A DNA stretch of 64,000 bases from Candidatus Omnitrophota bacterium (GCA_037146775.1 JBAWWL010000001.1:261464-325463); one strand, 5' to 3'; positions 39,672 to 50,137 are shown, counted from the first letter of the stretch. A program made the numbers and translations. Notes: a model not told the origin generated them from the letters alone.

Positions 39672-40469
39672 ATGAAAACAAGATGGCTATTGCTGGCGAT
39701 AATTTTTTTTCTCATATTGTATGTATGGCCATCAAAAAAGCACGAGAATACCAGGCAGAGGCTCAGAGAAGATATTATTGCAGCTTTTGGTTCACGAATT
39801 CCGCTTACATGGGGTGAACACGTACCTGGTGTTAAAACCAGGTTGGATACAGAAGAAAAGGTTATCGCTCTTACGCTGGATGCCTGCGGTTCTGCCAATG
39901 ATGGTTTCGACGCTGATTTAATTAATTATCTCATCGTAGAACGAGTCCCGGCAACTCTTTTCATAAATGCGCGTTGGATTGATAAAAACCCGCAAGCCTT
40001 TAAAAGCTTATCCAGTAATGATTTATTTGAGATAGAAAATCATGGGTTCGGGCATAAACCTTGTTCAATTGTCGGAAAATCTGCTTACGGCATACGGGGG
40101 ACAGGTAATGCCGCAGAGGTGGTGGATGAAATAGAAAAGAATGCCGAAAAGATCAGGATTTTAACTGGGCGCAAACCTATGTTTTATCGCTCGGGAACAG
40201 CATACTATGATGAAGTGGCGGTAGAGATCGTATACCATTTAGGTTACGAGGTCGTAGGATTCAGCATCTTGGGTGATGCCGGTGCCACGTATTCCAAAGA
40301 ACAGGTGAAAGATGCTATTTTAAAGAGAGCTTTTGCCGGTGCAATTATTATTTGTCACATGAACCATCCTGGTAGCCAGACCAGCCAGGGTCTGAAACAG
40401 GTGATACCGGAATTAAAAAAAATAGGTTACAGGTTTGTTGTCTTGGCGGATTACCGCTTAGCGAATTGA
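39672..40469 (+). CDS. Polysaccharide deacetylase (CE4/NodB-homology) family protein, secreted
   Basis: It has a signal peptide from the ATG at 39672. It carries TLDACGS and a histidine motif (FEIENHGFGH). Confidence 0.75.
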   Translation: MKTRWLLLAIIFFLILYVWPSKKHENTRQRLREDIIAAFGSRIPLTWGEHVPGVKTRLDTEEKVIALTLDACGSANDGFDADLINYLIVERVPATLFINARWIDKNPQAFKSLSSNDLFEIENHGFGHKPCSIVGKSAYGIRGTGNAAEVVDEIEKNAEKIRILTGRKPMFYRSGTAYYDEVAVEIVYHLGYEVVGFSILGDAGATYSKEQVKDAILKRAFAGAIIICHMNHPGSQTSQGLKQVIPELKKIGYRFVVLADYRLAN

Positions 40470-40550
40470 ATAATTGGTTTATAGATGAATAAGTGAGTTG
40501 ACAGGTGTGAGGGGTAGACAGCTAATATACGGCACAAAATTTTCTATTAT

Positions 40551-41327
40551 ATGGACCAGGAAGCTATACATGCGCAGAAAATAAAGCAGATTGTCCAGCT
40601 GTTAAAAAAGTCTACAAGTATCCTTTTTATTACCGGAGCCGGCATTTCTGCGGATTCAGGTTTGCCTACGTACCGCGGCGTGGGTGGATTGTATAATGAT
40701 GCTATAACCGACGAAGGGATTCCTATAGAAACAGTATTAGCCGGAGAAACCCTAAAGGAAAAACCGGCACTTACCTGGAAATATCTTTCACAAATAGAAA
40801 AAAATTGTCGCAAAAGTTCGTTTAACCGTGGTCATAAAGTTATAGCCATGCTGGAAAAGTATTTTCAGCGTGTATGGGTACTTACCCAGAATATTGACGG
40901 TTTCCATCATGCCGCCGGCTCGCATAACATAATTGATATCCACGGCGATATGCACAAATTACTCTGCACAAATTGCCGGTGGCGTAGTACAATAAAAGAC
41001 TATGCCAAGATAGAAATACCGCCGCGTTGTCCGTGTTGTGGCGGTATAGTTAGACCGGAGGTGGTTTTTTTCGGCGAAATGCTGCCTCACGATAAGGTGC
41101 AGATTTTATTGTACGAGATCCGTAAAGGCTTTGATATTTATTTTTCAATCGGGACAACCAGTGTTTTCCCTTATATCCAGGAGCCGATTCTGGATGCCAA
41201 GGCTCGTGGATGTCCTACCGTTGAGATTAATCCGACGGATACCGCTATCTCTGACGTGGTGGATATTAAGTTGTCTTTGCCAGCGGCAAAAGCGCTCGAT
41301 GCGATTTTTAATGTTTTGAAGCAGTAA
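40551..41327 (+). CDS. cobB: NAD-dependent protein deacylase (Sir2 family)
   Basis: It carries GAGISADSGLPTYRG, a Zn ribbon (CTNC...CPCCGG) and QNIDGFHH. Confidence 0.85.
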   Translation: MDQEAIHAQKIKQIVQLLKKSTSILFITGAGISADSGLPTYRGVGGLYNDAITDEGIPIETVLAGETLKEKPALTWKYLSQIEKNCRKSSFNRGHKVIAMLEKYFQRVWVLTQNIDGFHHAAGSHNIIDIHGDMHKLLCTNCRWRSTIKDYAKIEIPPRCPCCGGIVRPEVVFFGEMLPHDKVQILLYEIRKGFDIYFSIGTTSVFPYIQEPILDAKARGCPTVEINPTDTAISDVVDIKLSLPAAKALDAIFNVLKQ

Positions 41328-41412
41328 GGCAAAAATCTATGAGATCTTCTTTTGCTGAGATCGAGCACTCGTTGAGAAACTTTCAAGATGATTATGTAGG
41401 AGAGTTTTTTAT

Positions 41413-41439
41413 CCCTTTCGGGAAAGGCAATATTTTTTT
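41413..41439 (+). terminator. Putative Rho-independent terminator downstream of the sirtuin gene
   Basis: A CCCTTTC-GG-GAAAGG hairpin is followed by CAATATTTTTTT. Confidence 0.4.
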
Positions 41440-41469
41440 GTCTTCCCGATTTGGCAGGTAACAGTATCT

Positions 41470-42243
41470 ATGGCTGACGCAATATTTAAAACAGGGTTAC
41501 ATGAGCAGTTTAGAAAAGCCTTGGCTGAGTATAATCTTATCCAGGGCGGTGATCGGGTATTGATCGCTGTTTCTGGAGGAAAAGATAGCCTGACTTTGTT
41601 AAAATTGCTTACTGGGTTTCGGCAGACAGAAATGAATAATCTCAGGCTTTTTGCTGCCCACATACGGACAGATTTTCATTGCGCAAGTTGTTGTCACACC
41701 GATGTTTTGAGCGGCATATTTAAAGAATTGGGCGTTGAGTATGTATTTAAAGATATCAAGGTGCTGGATGAAAATGGCAGGACTAATTGTTTTTGGTGTT
41801 CCTGGAGTAAGCGCAAAGCGCTTTTTGAAACCGCAGCAGAGTTTTCCTGCAATAAAATAGCGTTTGGGCATCATAAGGATGACATCGCCGAGACTATACT
41901 TATGAATATGTTTTTCAACGGTAAAATTTCCGCGATGTGCCCCAAGCAGGAGCTTTTTGAGGGAAGAATTACGCTTATCCGCCCGCTTTGTTATGTTGAC
42001 GAAGCTGTCACCAAACAATTTGCCAAAGATAACGGTTTTCCGGCTAAGTTATGCAAATGCCCTTTTGGCAAGGACTCTAAAAGAAAATACATGAAAGAAG
42101 TGATTAGGGAGATACAAGAATGTTCGGTCGGAATGGATATTAAAGAAAATATTTTTAAAGGTATAGTTGGTTTGGGTGCTATTGATATGGTTGAAAATGC
42201 ATTGGATGCTTGGACAACGGAGAAAAGCGAGGAGAGATCATGA
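41470..42243 (+). CDS. PP-loop ATPase, TtcA-like (tRNA 2-thiocytidine synthetase family)
   Basis: It carries an SGGKDS PP-loop and Cys motifs (CASCCH; CFWCSW; CKCPFG). Confidence 0.7.
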   Translation: MADAIFKTGLHEQFRKALAEYNLIQGGDRVLIAVSGGKDSLTLLKLLTGFRQTEMNNLRLFAAHIRTDFHCASCCHTDVLSGIFKELGVEYVFKDIKVLDENGRTNCFWCSWSKRKALFETAAEFSCNKIAFGHHKDDIAETILMNMFFNGKISAMCPKQELFEGRITLIRPLCYVDEAVTKQFAKDNGFPAKLCKCPFGKDSKRKYMKEVIREIQECSVGMDIKENIFKGIVGLGAIDMVENALDAWTTEKSEERS

Positions 42244-43010
42244 AAACGATAAAAATTATGCCCTGTCTGGATATACGAGAAGGCAGAGTGGTTAAGGGGG
42301 TGCATTTCGTCGATTTAAAAGATGCCGGAGATCCGGTCGCAAACGCTATATTTTATCAAGAAGAAGGCGCGGATGAATTGGCTATGCTTGATATAGCAGC
42401 TACAGTAGAAAATCGTAAAACCAGATTGGAGTGGGTTAAGAACGTATCGGCTGTTATCGATATTCCTTTAACCGTTGGCGGAGGAATTTCTAGTCTCAAA
42501 GATATTGAGCTGGTATTAAATTCTGGTGCAGACAAGGTTTCAATGAACAGTGCTGCCGTTAAAAACCCGGATTTGGTTGCTCAGGCAGTCAAGACTTTTG
42601 GTTCAAAGAAAATAACCGTAGCCATTGACGCTAAAAGAAATAAGGTAATGCCGTCCGGTTTTGAATTGGTCGTCTCGGGCGGTACCAGGCCTGTGGGCAA
42701 AGACGCGATAGTTTGGGCCAGAGAATGCGAGCAGCTCGGCGCTGGCGTAATACTTCCTACCAGTATGGATGGCGACGGAACACAGTCTGGCTATGATCTG
42801 GAATTTACCAAAGCAATTTCCGATGTAGTCGAGATACCGGTGGTAGCGTCTGGAGGTGCAGGGACGCTAGAGCATTTTTATACAGGAGTTGTCCGGGGTG
42901 GCGCACAGATTCTCTTAGCCGCTTCAGTTTTTCACTACCGTATTTTAAGTATAGGCCAGGTTAAAGAGTATTTACATAAAAAAGGTTTACGGGTTAGCTT
43001 AAAGAAGTAA
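42240..43010 (+). CDS. hisF: Imidazole glycerol phosphate synthase cyclase subunit HisF (or HisF paralog)
   Basis: It carries IMPCLDIREGRVVKG...VDLKDAGDP and a C-terminal SGGAG motif. Its ATG overlaps the ttcA-like stop (ATGA). Confidence 0.85.
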   Translation: MKTIKIMPCLDIREGRVVKGVHFVDLKDAGDPVANAIFYQEEGADELAMLDIAATVENRKTRLEWVKNVSAVIDIPLTVGGGISSLKDIELVLNSGADKVSMNSAAVKNPDLVAQAVKTFGSKKITVAIDAKRNKVMPSGFELVVSGGTRPVGKDAIVWARECEQLGAGVILPTSMDGDGTQSGYDLEFTKAISDVVEIPVVASGGAGTLEHFYTGVVRGGAQILLAASVFHYRILSIGQVKEYLHKKGLRVSLKK

Positions 43011-43029
43011 CGTTCTTCGCGTTTAGTAT

Positions 43030-43746
43030 ATGAAACTTTACTGCAAGCTATCTATTGCAAGGAGTGCGTTCGGATTAATTTTTATCATGTGGTTTTTTGC
43101 TCTTACTTCGGTTTCCGGTAACGCTGAAGTCCTTAAAAAAGAGACACAAAAGTTTGTTTATTATCTTCTGGTGCCCTCTTCGTATAATTCAGCACAGAGC
43201 TGGCCATTGATAATTACACTGCACCCTTCTACCGGCCGCGGTAATATGATGGTGGATTATCTTACGGAACAAGCCGAGAAAAAAGGGTATATTGTAGCTG
43301 GGCCTGATTCCCAAGACAGTAAAACCTGGTATTTCTCGGAATCCGAAGATATTTTTAGGATGATTGATGATATCAAGGCAAAATATCGCATTGATGAAAA
43401 ACGTATATTTCTTACCGGTTTTTCGTCCGGCGCCGGCATGGCTTATTATCTGGGTTTGAATTATCCTCAGAAGTTTCGCGCCATCGCTCCTTTTGCCGGG
43501 CCGTTCAAACAGAAAGAGATAGATGGCAGAATCGATATGAGTAGCGATCAGAGCAGGCATATACCGGTTTTAATTCTGCATGGCAAAAATGACAATACGC
43601 TTGATTTTAGCGAAAGCGTCTATGCCAAGGAGCGGCTTGGAAAGTTTGGCTACGAGGTGAAGCTTAGGGAATTAGGCGGGATAGGCCATGAATATCCCCC
43701 GGAAGCAAGTTGGATCATTATTAATTGGTTTGATAAGATGAAATAA
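43030..43746 (+). CDS. Secreted alpha/beta-hydrolase esterase (PHB-depolymerase/carboxylesterase-like)
   Basis: It has a signal peptide, a GxSxG nucleophile elbow (GFSSGAG) and an LILHGKNDNTLDF block. Confidence 0.7.
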   Translation: MKLYCKLSIARSAFGLIFIMWFFALTSVSGNAEVLKKETQKFVYYLLVPSSYNSAQSWPLIITLHPSTGRGNMMVDYLTEQAEKKGYIVAGPDSQDSKTWYFSESEDIFRMIDDIKAKYRIDEKRIFLTGFSSGAGMAYYLGLNYPQKFRAIAPFAGPFKQKEIDGRIDMSSDQSRHIPVLILHGKNDNTLDFSESVYAKERLGKFGYEVKLRELGGIGHEYPPEASWIIINWFDKMK

Positions 43747-43898
43747 TAACTGTATTTGAAACTTTCCAATATTACTGAAAGATAGAAAATCGAGAGAATA
43801 TATTTTACTTCGATTAAAACATCATAAAAGTATCGCCGAACATTTCATATCGTCCAATGATATTCTATAAAAGGCTATTCCCCTTACAGATAATATAA

Positions 43899-44783
43899 AT
43901 GGATGCACATATTTTTAAAACAATAGCCATCCAAGCGCTTGAATTGGTAACGCATCTTTGTTTTCCGGCTATCGTTTTTACGATTAGCTCTCGAATTACG
44001 CTGCGCGACGTTCTGGGTGAGCTTAAGCGTCCGGTACTTCTTGTAAAGATTTTACTTGTGGGGTGCGTGTTTGTCCCGTTGGTTACCGCCGGAGTGTTAA
44101 GACTTTTTAACCTTCCCCGCATTGTGGCCGCAATTATTCTTGTAGCGTCGATAGCCCCCGGAGATTCTTTTGCACTCCTTGAGGTCAAAGACAAGAAGGG
44201 GCGCGTAACTCTTGCAGCCGTTATTATGGCCTGGCTTTGTCTTGCTATGCCATTTACGGTACCGGCCTGGACAAAAATCTTTGGCCAATGGTTTAACCTC
44301 AAACTTATGGTTTCGCCCCTGGAAGTGTTTAAGACTATTGCGCCGCTCACTTTGCTTCCATTGTTTGCGGGAATTTTTATCCGCCATTTTTACCCTCTTT
44401 TATCGCAGAGATTAGAGCGCATTGTGGCAGTTTTTGCTAAATGTTCAATTGCTATAGCAGCAGTTGTCGGTCTTTTGCTAAGTCTCAAGGCTTTTCACCA
44501 TTACACAATTTCAGCTATGGGCGCCATAGGTATCGTAGTTACGTGTGCGCTTGTGTTAGGGTACTATAGTGGTTGTGGTGACCGTCGGGATCGTATCAGT
44601 ATGGCCTTGAGCGCGTCGTTAGGCAATTTTGCCGTCATCTTGCTTATCGCGCATTTGAATTATCCTCATGCGCACGTTGCTGGCGCGGCTTTAGCTTTTA
44701 TTCTTATACGCTGGCTTGTTATTATGTTTTGGTATATTGTTATGAGGGTAAGGCTACGCTTAAAAGGCGAAATATTTGGATGA
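43899..44783 (+). CDS. Bile acid:sodium symporter (BASS) family transporter-like membrane protein
   Basis: It is 294 aa and polytopic with BASS-like helices. The call is moderate. Confidence 0.5.
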   Translation: MDAHIFKTIAIQALELVTHLCFPAIVFTISSRITLRDVLGELKRPVLLVKILLVGCVFVPLVTAGVLRLFNLPRIVAAIILVASIAPGDSFALLEVKDKKGRVTLAAVIMAWLCLAMPFTVPAWTKIFGQWFNLKLMVSPLEVFKTIAPLTLLPLFAGIFIRHFYPLLSQRLERIVAVFAKCSIAIAAVVGLLLSLKAFHHYTISAMGAIGIVVTCALVLGYYSGCGDRRDRISMALSASLGNFAVILLIAHLNYPHAHVAGAALAFILIRWLVIMFWYIVMRVRLRLKGEIFG

Positions 44784-45000
44784 TGTAGCTTGACCGTGGA
44801 TTCACGAGATATGTTTGATATCCCTAAATATTTTAGTATCGAAACATACGTTGTAAGAGCGATCTGTACGATAACGTTTGTGTAAATTATATATAAAACT
44901 GATATAATGGAAAAGATTAGAATTTCTAAATGGCACTTCATGGTGCTGGGTTTCTTGTCGAAGTAAATTTTGCAAAGATAATGTTGTTTGGTGGTATAAA

Positions 45001-45804
45001 GTGTTAAAAGAAACTTTAAGAAGGATAAAAAGGGTAATAATGAGAGTGGGGCGCGTAGCAAGGATTATGTTTTGTCACGCTGCGCTTAAGGTCAAGACAT
45101 TATATTGGAAATTTACCGTAAAAAGAATTACAAATATTGAGTTATTCGAAGCAAAAATATTCTCTCAATTTGGTGTCGACGGTATTTTGGCCGGCATTTT
45201 TTCTAAGATCGGTACTACCAATAAATTCTTTGTTGAGTTTGGTGTGTGGGATGGTAACGAATGTAATACGCGATATCTGTCTGAATTTTGCGGATGGAAA
45301 GGCCTTATGATGGATTCCGTAAAACAAAAAAAACCCAACATTAAACAAGAATTCATTACTGCCGAAAATATCAATCAGTTGTTCCATAAATACAGAGTTA
45401 ATTTTGAATTCGATCTTTTATCAATCGATATAGACGGCAATGATTATTGGGTTTGGAAGGCGCTTGATAACCGCTATCGCCCACGAGTGGTTATTATTGA
45501 ATATAATGCTAAGTATGGTCCGGATGAAAGTGTAGCCATAAGTTACGATCCGAACTTTAAATGGGATTACACTGATTATTGCGGAGCAAGCCTTTTAGCA
45601 TTTGTTGGGTTAGCAAGCGTAAAGGGTTATACCTTGGTGGGTTGCGACAGTAAAGGAAACGACGCTATCTTTGTTAATAATATTGATACAAAGAAATATT
45701 TTTATCCTCAAAGCATAGAAAAACTATATAGGTCTCCCACGTACGGGAGCCCTAAATACAATTATTTTTATCCCCGTAGCGACAAGGCTATGGTGCGGGT
45801 GTAG
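45001..45804 (+). CDS. Hypothetical protein, divergent FkbM-like methyltransferase-fold paralog (pairs with the gene at 47446-48243)
   Basis: It shares blocks with the ORF at 47446 (SQFGVDGIL/SQNGEDGVI; FVEFGVWDG/FVDVGAWDG; LLSIDIDGNDYWVWKAL/LLNIDIDSYDWWVWKTL). The start codon is uncertain. Confidence 0.5.
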   Translation: MLKETLRRIKRVIMRVGRVARIMFCHAALKVKTLYWKFTVKRITNIELFEAKIFSQFGVDGILAGIFSKIGTTNKFFVEFGVWDGNECNTRYLSEFCGWKGLMMDSVKQKKPNIKQEFITAENINQLFHKYRVNFEFDLLSIDIDGNDYWVWKALDNRYRPRVVIIEYNAKYGPDESVAISYDPNFKWDYTDYCGASLLAFVGLASVKGYTLVGCDSKGNDAIFVNNIDTKKYFYPQSIEKLYRSPTYGSPKYNYFYPRSDKAMVRV

Positions 45805-46292
45805 ATTTTTATTTCCTGGAATTAGCCATGATTTCTCTGATATAAAGAAAGTAAGCAGTAATGCCGCAGTATGCATCCCAGAAGAAGATAGATCTCTCTG
45901 TTATGATTCAGAAATAAGGTATTATTATTCCGCTTTATTTTCATGGTAAATACATTTAACGTAAATGCGGGAATGCGGGAACTATGGGGTTCGTCTATTT
46001 TAATATGAAAGTTTTTACGTTTCCTTAGAAAATATGCGGGAAGATGGATCTTTGTGTCAGCGGGACGGAATCGCTTATATAGCTTTGTTCGCGGTTCTCG
46101 GTAAAAAAGTTGGGATCTATCTTGATCCGCCGGGTGCTTGTCTTAAAAGGCGGCAGATATTGTTTCATAGGCCCTATGTGCTTACAAAAAATAGCAACTG
46201 ATATTTTGAGGATGGGCTATTTATGTTTATTACGGCACGAGTATTAAAAAACATTCAGAAGCTAAAAAATACGATAGGGGGAATTTTATTTT

Positions 46293-47195
46293 TTGTCCCT
46301 AATCGACTGGCCAAGAATAGAGTATGTTTCCGTATTTTTAATTACCTCTATGAGCGGGCCCCCGTACCGCGTGGCTTGTGCGGTAGCCGGACATATCAAA
46401 ATCCCGGATAGGGACTCATTTTGGCGGATTCGGCTTATCAACGGAAAAGAAGTGACAACTAAGATTTACAGGGGTAAACCTTATACGTGGCAGTCTGCGC
46501 TGGCTTACAAATGGCATGTACCCAGCATTAATGCTTTAGAGCGAATTATAAATGAATACTATAATTGTTCGGTTCCTTATGTTGATATTGGCGCCAATGT
46601 GGGGTTGCGTTCGTTGCTTTACCTTTCATCCGGCCGTCCTGTTTTTATGATTGAGCCCAACGTCGAGCTTAATATCTTGAATGAAGAGCGCTGCAACATG
46701 AACAAATTCATGAATTATCAAATCTTTAATATATGTTTATCAAACATAAACGGTGAAGCGCCATTTTATTACGACGCTAGTTCTTATGAGAGTGGATTGC
46801 GCAAAGAGCTTATCCGTCCGGATAAGATGATTAAATCGGAAACAGTTAAGCTTAGCACGCTTGATGTATTCACGAATAAATATCTGCCAAAATGTTCAAA
46901 CGCAATTATTAAGATTGATGTGGAAGGGCATGAGTTTGAAGTAATTAAAGGCGGGTATGATTTTATATCTAACGTAAACCCTACCATGCTTGTGGAAATC
47001 AACGAAAAAGGTCAACATATAGCAGAGATTATTAGTTTTATGAAGAAGCTGAGGTATTCCGTATATGAAGTAAGGGAGAGGCAAAAAGTAAGATATTATA
47101 AATTACATGATGGCATGACGGAAAACTATGTATTTAGGGAGGATGACTATTTATTTACAAAAGAGGAAAGATTGGAAAAGCTTCTTTTGGGTTAA
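46293..47195 (+). CDS. FkbM family methyltransferase
   Basis: It carries VDIGANVGL...IKIDVEGHEFEVIKGG. Confidence 0.7.
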   Translation: MSLIDWPRIEYVSVFLITSMSGPPYRVACAVAGHIKIPDRDSFWRIRLINGKEVTTKIYRGKPYTWQSALAYKWHVPSINALERIINEYYNCSVPYVDIGANVGLRSLLYLSSGRPVFMIEPNVELNILNEERCNMNKFMNYQIFNICLSNINGEAPFYYDASSYESGLRKELIRPDKMIKSETVKLSTLDVFTNKYLPKCSNAIIKIDVEGHEFEVIKGGYDFISNVNPTMLVEINEKGQHIAEIISFMKKLRYSVYEVRERQKVRYYKLHDGMTENYVFREDDYLFTKEERLEKLLLG

Positions 47196-47445
47196 TACGC
47201 AATATTCCGAAAAATAAAAGAAAAAATTGTTAAGAATTATTTCCTAGTAAGATATTTTGCCCAAGAGTTTTTCTGGGATATGGTGATAAAGATAAGAGCG
47301 AGCCATTATTTTTCTTATTTTTATCTCTGGGTCTATCATGAATTTTCTTGCGGCGTTATCGGGTTTTCAAGTATTGTGATAAAAGGTTATATCGAAGTGG
47401 TTCAAGAATTAATTCCGAGAATGATCGTAACCTAGAAAGAGCGTT

Positions 47446-48243
47446 ATGAGAACTTTGCTTAAATATAGAAAAAATTATTATAGTCAAAACGGAGAAGATG
47501 GGGTAATCCGAGAAATATTAAAGCGATTAGATATTAAGGATAGTTGGTTTGTAGATGTCGGTGCCTGGGACGGCAGGTATCTTAGCAATACTTTTCTTTT
47601 ACTCCAAAAAGGTTGGAAAGGTGTAGACATTGAGGCAGATAATACTTCGTACAACGATTTGCTAAAAACAGCCAATAAATTTCCCGCAAGGTTATTTGCC
47701 ATTTTTGCCAAGGTGACTGTTGAGGGTGATGATTGCCTGGACTCGTTGTTGTCTCGCACGCAAATCCCGAAAGAATTCGGACTTTTAAATATCGATATCG
47801 ATTCTTATGATTGGTGGGTATGGAAGACTTTGAATAACTATTATCCAAAAATTGTTATTATCGAGATTAACAGCTCTTTTTCTCCGGGTATAAAACATGT
47901 TCAACCTGCCAATGTGGTTGGGCTAGAGACCACAATCTTCGGAGCTAGCTTCACGTCTACCCTATCTTTAGGTGAAGAGAAGGGGTATCGGTTAGTTTGT
48001 CATACAGGCAATATGATTTTTGTGAGAAAAGATATTGTTGGAAGAATTAATTTACCGGCTGAGGAATTAAATTTTCCTCACTCGTTATTCATCACTAACT
48101 GGCTTGTGAACAAAAAGGAAAGCAAAATCATTTTTATAATAAAGTTACCTATGCGCAAGATAATGAGATTATTAAGGAGAAAATTTCCTAATATAGATAA
48201 AAATCTAAGAGAATTGAAAAGAATTATCGTGAGGCATTACTAG
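47446..48243 (+). CDS. Hypothetical protein, divergent FkbM-like paralog of the gene at 45001-45804
   Basis: See the evidence for the gene at 45001. Confidence 0.55.
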   Translation: MRTLLKYRKNYYSQNGEDGVIREILKRLDIKDSWFVDVGAWDGRYLSNTFLLLQKGWKGVDIEADNTSYNDLLKTANKFPARLFAIFAKVTVEGDDCLDSLLSRTQIPKEFGLLNIDIDSYDWWVWKTLNNYYPKIVIIEINSSFSPGIKHVQPANVVGLETTIFGASFTSTLSLGEEKGYRLVCHTGNMIFVRKDIVGRINLPAEELNFPHSLFITNWLVNKKESKIIFIIKLPMRKIMRLLRRKFPNIDKNLRELKRIIVRHY

Positions 48244-48374
48244 GATAAAGATATGAAAAAATCCATCATTACATTTGACTAGCTTTTAGTTGTTGCGATT
48301 GAGATATAACCATGGGATTATTGAGAAGAACGAATAATTATTAAGGACTAGATTAATTTAGGGGGTGGTTTAAC

Positions 48375-49952
48375 GTGCTAGATCCAGCGAAAAAAAGATA
48401 CCGATTAAGAATCATAGACCCAGCCTATCCGGCATTCAATATCTATTCGAATAGCGCTGGCCGGACAACAGCGCTGGGGCCTGTCTGTGTGGCTACCGCT
48501 GTTAATGAGATGGAAGGATGGGATGTTGAGGTTATTGATGAAAATAATCTCCGTCTCTACGGTCCCAAGGCCAATACAAGAGGCGCTGATCACGAATTTC
48601 TACAACAATTGAGACCAGCGGATGTTGTCGGATTGTATGGTGGATTAACCAGCACTATTCCTAGACTTTATGAGATAGCGCGTTTTTACAAAGAGAGAGA
48701 TATCGTGACTATCGCCGGTGGCCAGCATTTCTTAAGTGAGAACGTAGAAGAGGCGCTTTTGTCCGGGATTGACTATGTGGTGATCGGCGAGGGGGAGGAG
48801 ACTATTAAGGAACTCCTGTGGGCATTAATGGGAAGAATGGATATCGATGAGGTAAGGGGGGTTGCATATATGAGAGGCAAGGTGGTTACGCGAACCCCGG
48901 CGCGAGAACCGATAACCGATTTTGACAAATTGCCCCTACCCGATTTTTCGTTAGTGCGCTATGCCAAAATTATTGTTTACCCCGTTGAAAGGATACGGGG
49001 GTGCGGTATGGATTGCGAGTTCTGCACCGTTAAGGGCAGGCCGCGATATGCATCTCCCGAACGGTTGCTTGAACGTATCAGTTTTCTTCTTGAAACAAAA
49101 GACGCCAGGACGTTCTTTATTGTAGATGATCTTTTTGGCCAGCAGCGGGATGAAACCATAAGGTTTTGCCATATGCTTGAAGAGTATCAAAGAAATACGG
49201 GTAGACGGCTGGATTTAGGTGTTCAGATACGATTGGATAAGGCGAATGACTTAGAACTTCTCACAGTGATGCGGCAGGCGAATATTAATTTTGTTGCCAT
49301 CGGACTTGAATCTCCCATTGAAGAAGAATTGAAAGCGATGAATAAACATCTGAGGCCTGAAGACATGTTAGCGCTCATGGGGATATTTCGTAAATTTGGA
49401 TTTTTAGTGCATGGTATGTTTATCTTCGGTTATCCTATGAAAGAAGGCGTAAGTTTTAAAATGTCTGCAAAGGAGCGGGTAAAACGTTTTAGGAATTTCA
49501 TAAGAAAATCCAAACTCGACACTATTCAGGTCGTATTACCGGTCCCCTTGCCAGGAACGGAATTAAAGAGGAGACTCGAGAAACAAAACAGGATTTATTC
49601 ACGTAACGATATCGGTTGGGAGTATTATGACGGTAATTTTTCGCTGTTTCAACCCGATGAGCCCATGAGCGCCGAAGAGATGCAAGCTTCCACAAAGAAA
49701 ATTATGGGAAAATTTTACCATTTTAAATACATGTTTATGGTCGTTCTTAATATTTTTTCATTTCCTTATTTACTATTCTTTTTGCATAACATTGAGTTCG
49801 GATGGAAAAGGTGGTATAGGGATTGGCGTAATTATCTCATTCGCTTTGGCGGTTGGATGACTATAAAAAAGTGGATGGCAGCGTTTAGAAAAGATGATTT
49901 TTTGGGTAAGTTACGGCAGGCAAAAGAACACATAAAAAATAAACATAATTAA
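48375..49952 (+). CDS. B12-binding domain radical SAM protein (class B)
   Basis: An N-terminal B12-binding-like domain is followed by CxxxCxxC (CGMDCEFC). The GTG start has a GGGGGTGG Shine-Dalgarno. Confidence 0.8.
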   Translation: MLDPAKKRYRLRIIDPAYPAFNIYSNSAGRTTALGPVCVATAVNEMEGWDVEVIDENNLRLYGPKANTRGADHEFLQQLRPADVVGLYGGLTSTIPRLYEIARFYKERDIVTIAGGQHFLSENVEEALLSGIDYVVIGEGEETIKELLWALMGRMDIDEVRGVAYMRGKVVTRTPAREPITDFDKLPLPDFSLVRYAKIIVYPVERIRGCGMDCEFCTVKGRPRYASPERLLERISFLLETKDARTFFIVDDLFGQQRDETIRFCHMLEEYQRNTGRRLDLGVQIRLDKANDLELLTVMRQANINFVAIGLESPIEEELKAMNKHLRPEDMLALMGIFRKFGFLVHGMFIFGYPMKEGVSFKMSAKERVKRFRNFIRKSKLDTIQVVLPVPLPGTELKRRLEKQNRIYSRNDIGWEYYDGNFSLFQPDEPMSAEEMQASTKKIMGKFYHFKYMFMVVLNIFSFPYLLFFLHNIEFGWKRWYRDWRNYLIRFGGWMTIKKWMAAFRKDDFLGKLRQAKEHIKNKHN

Positions 49953-50137
49953 TTGTAGTAGAAAAGCATACACTAAGATCTCTAACTAACATTAGCACGT
50001 GAGTTGCAAATTTATTTTAAAATTTTTAAGCGCTTTGCGTGGGTGTGATTATTGGTTAATTTGTGTGGAGTTGATAGCGTATAATATAAGGTAACCGTAG
50101 GTAAACGGAATCGCACGATAGTGACGAGAGGTGTGCT

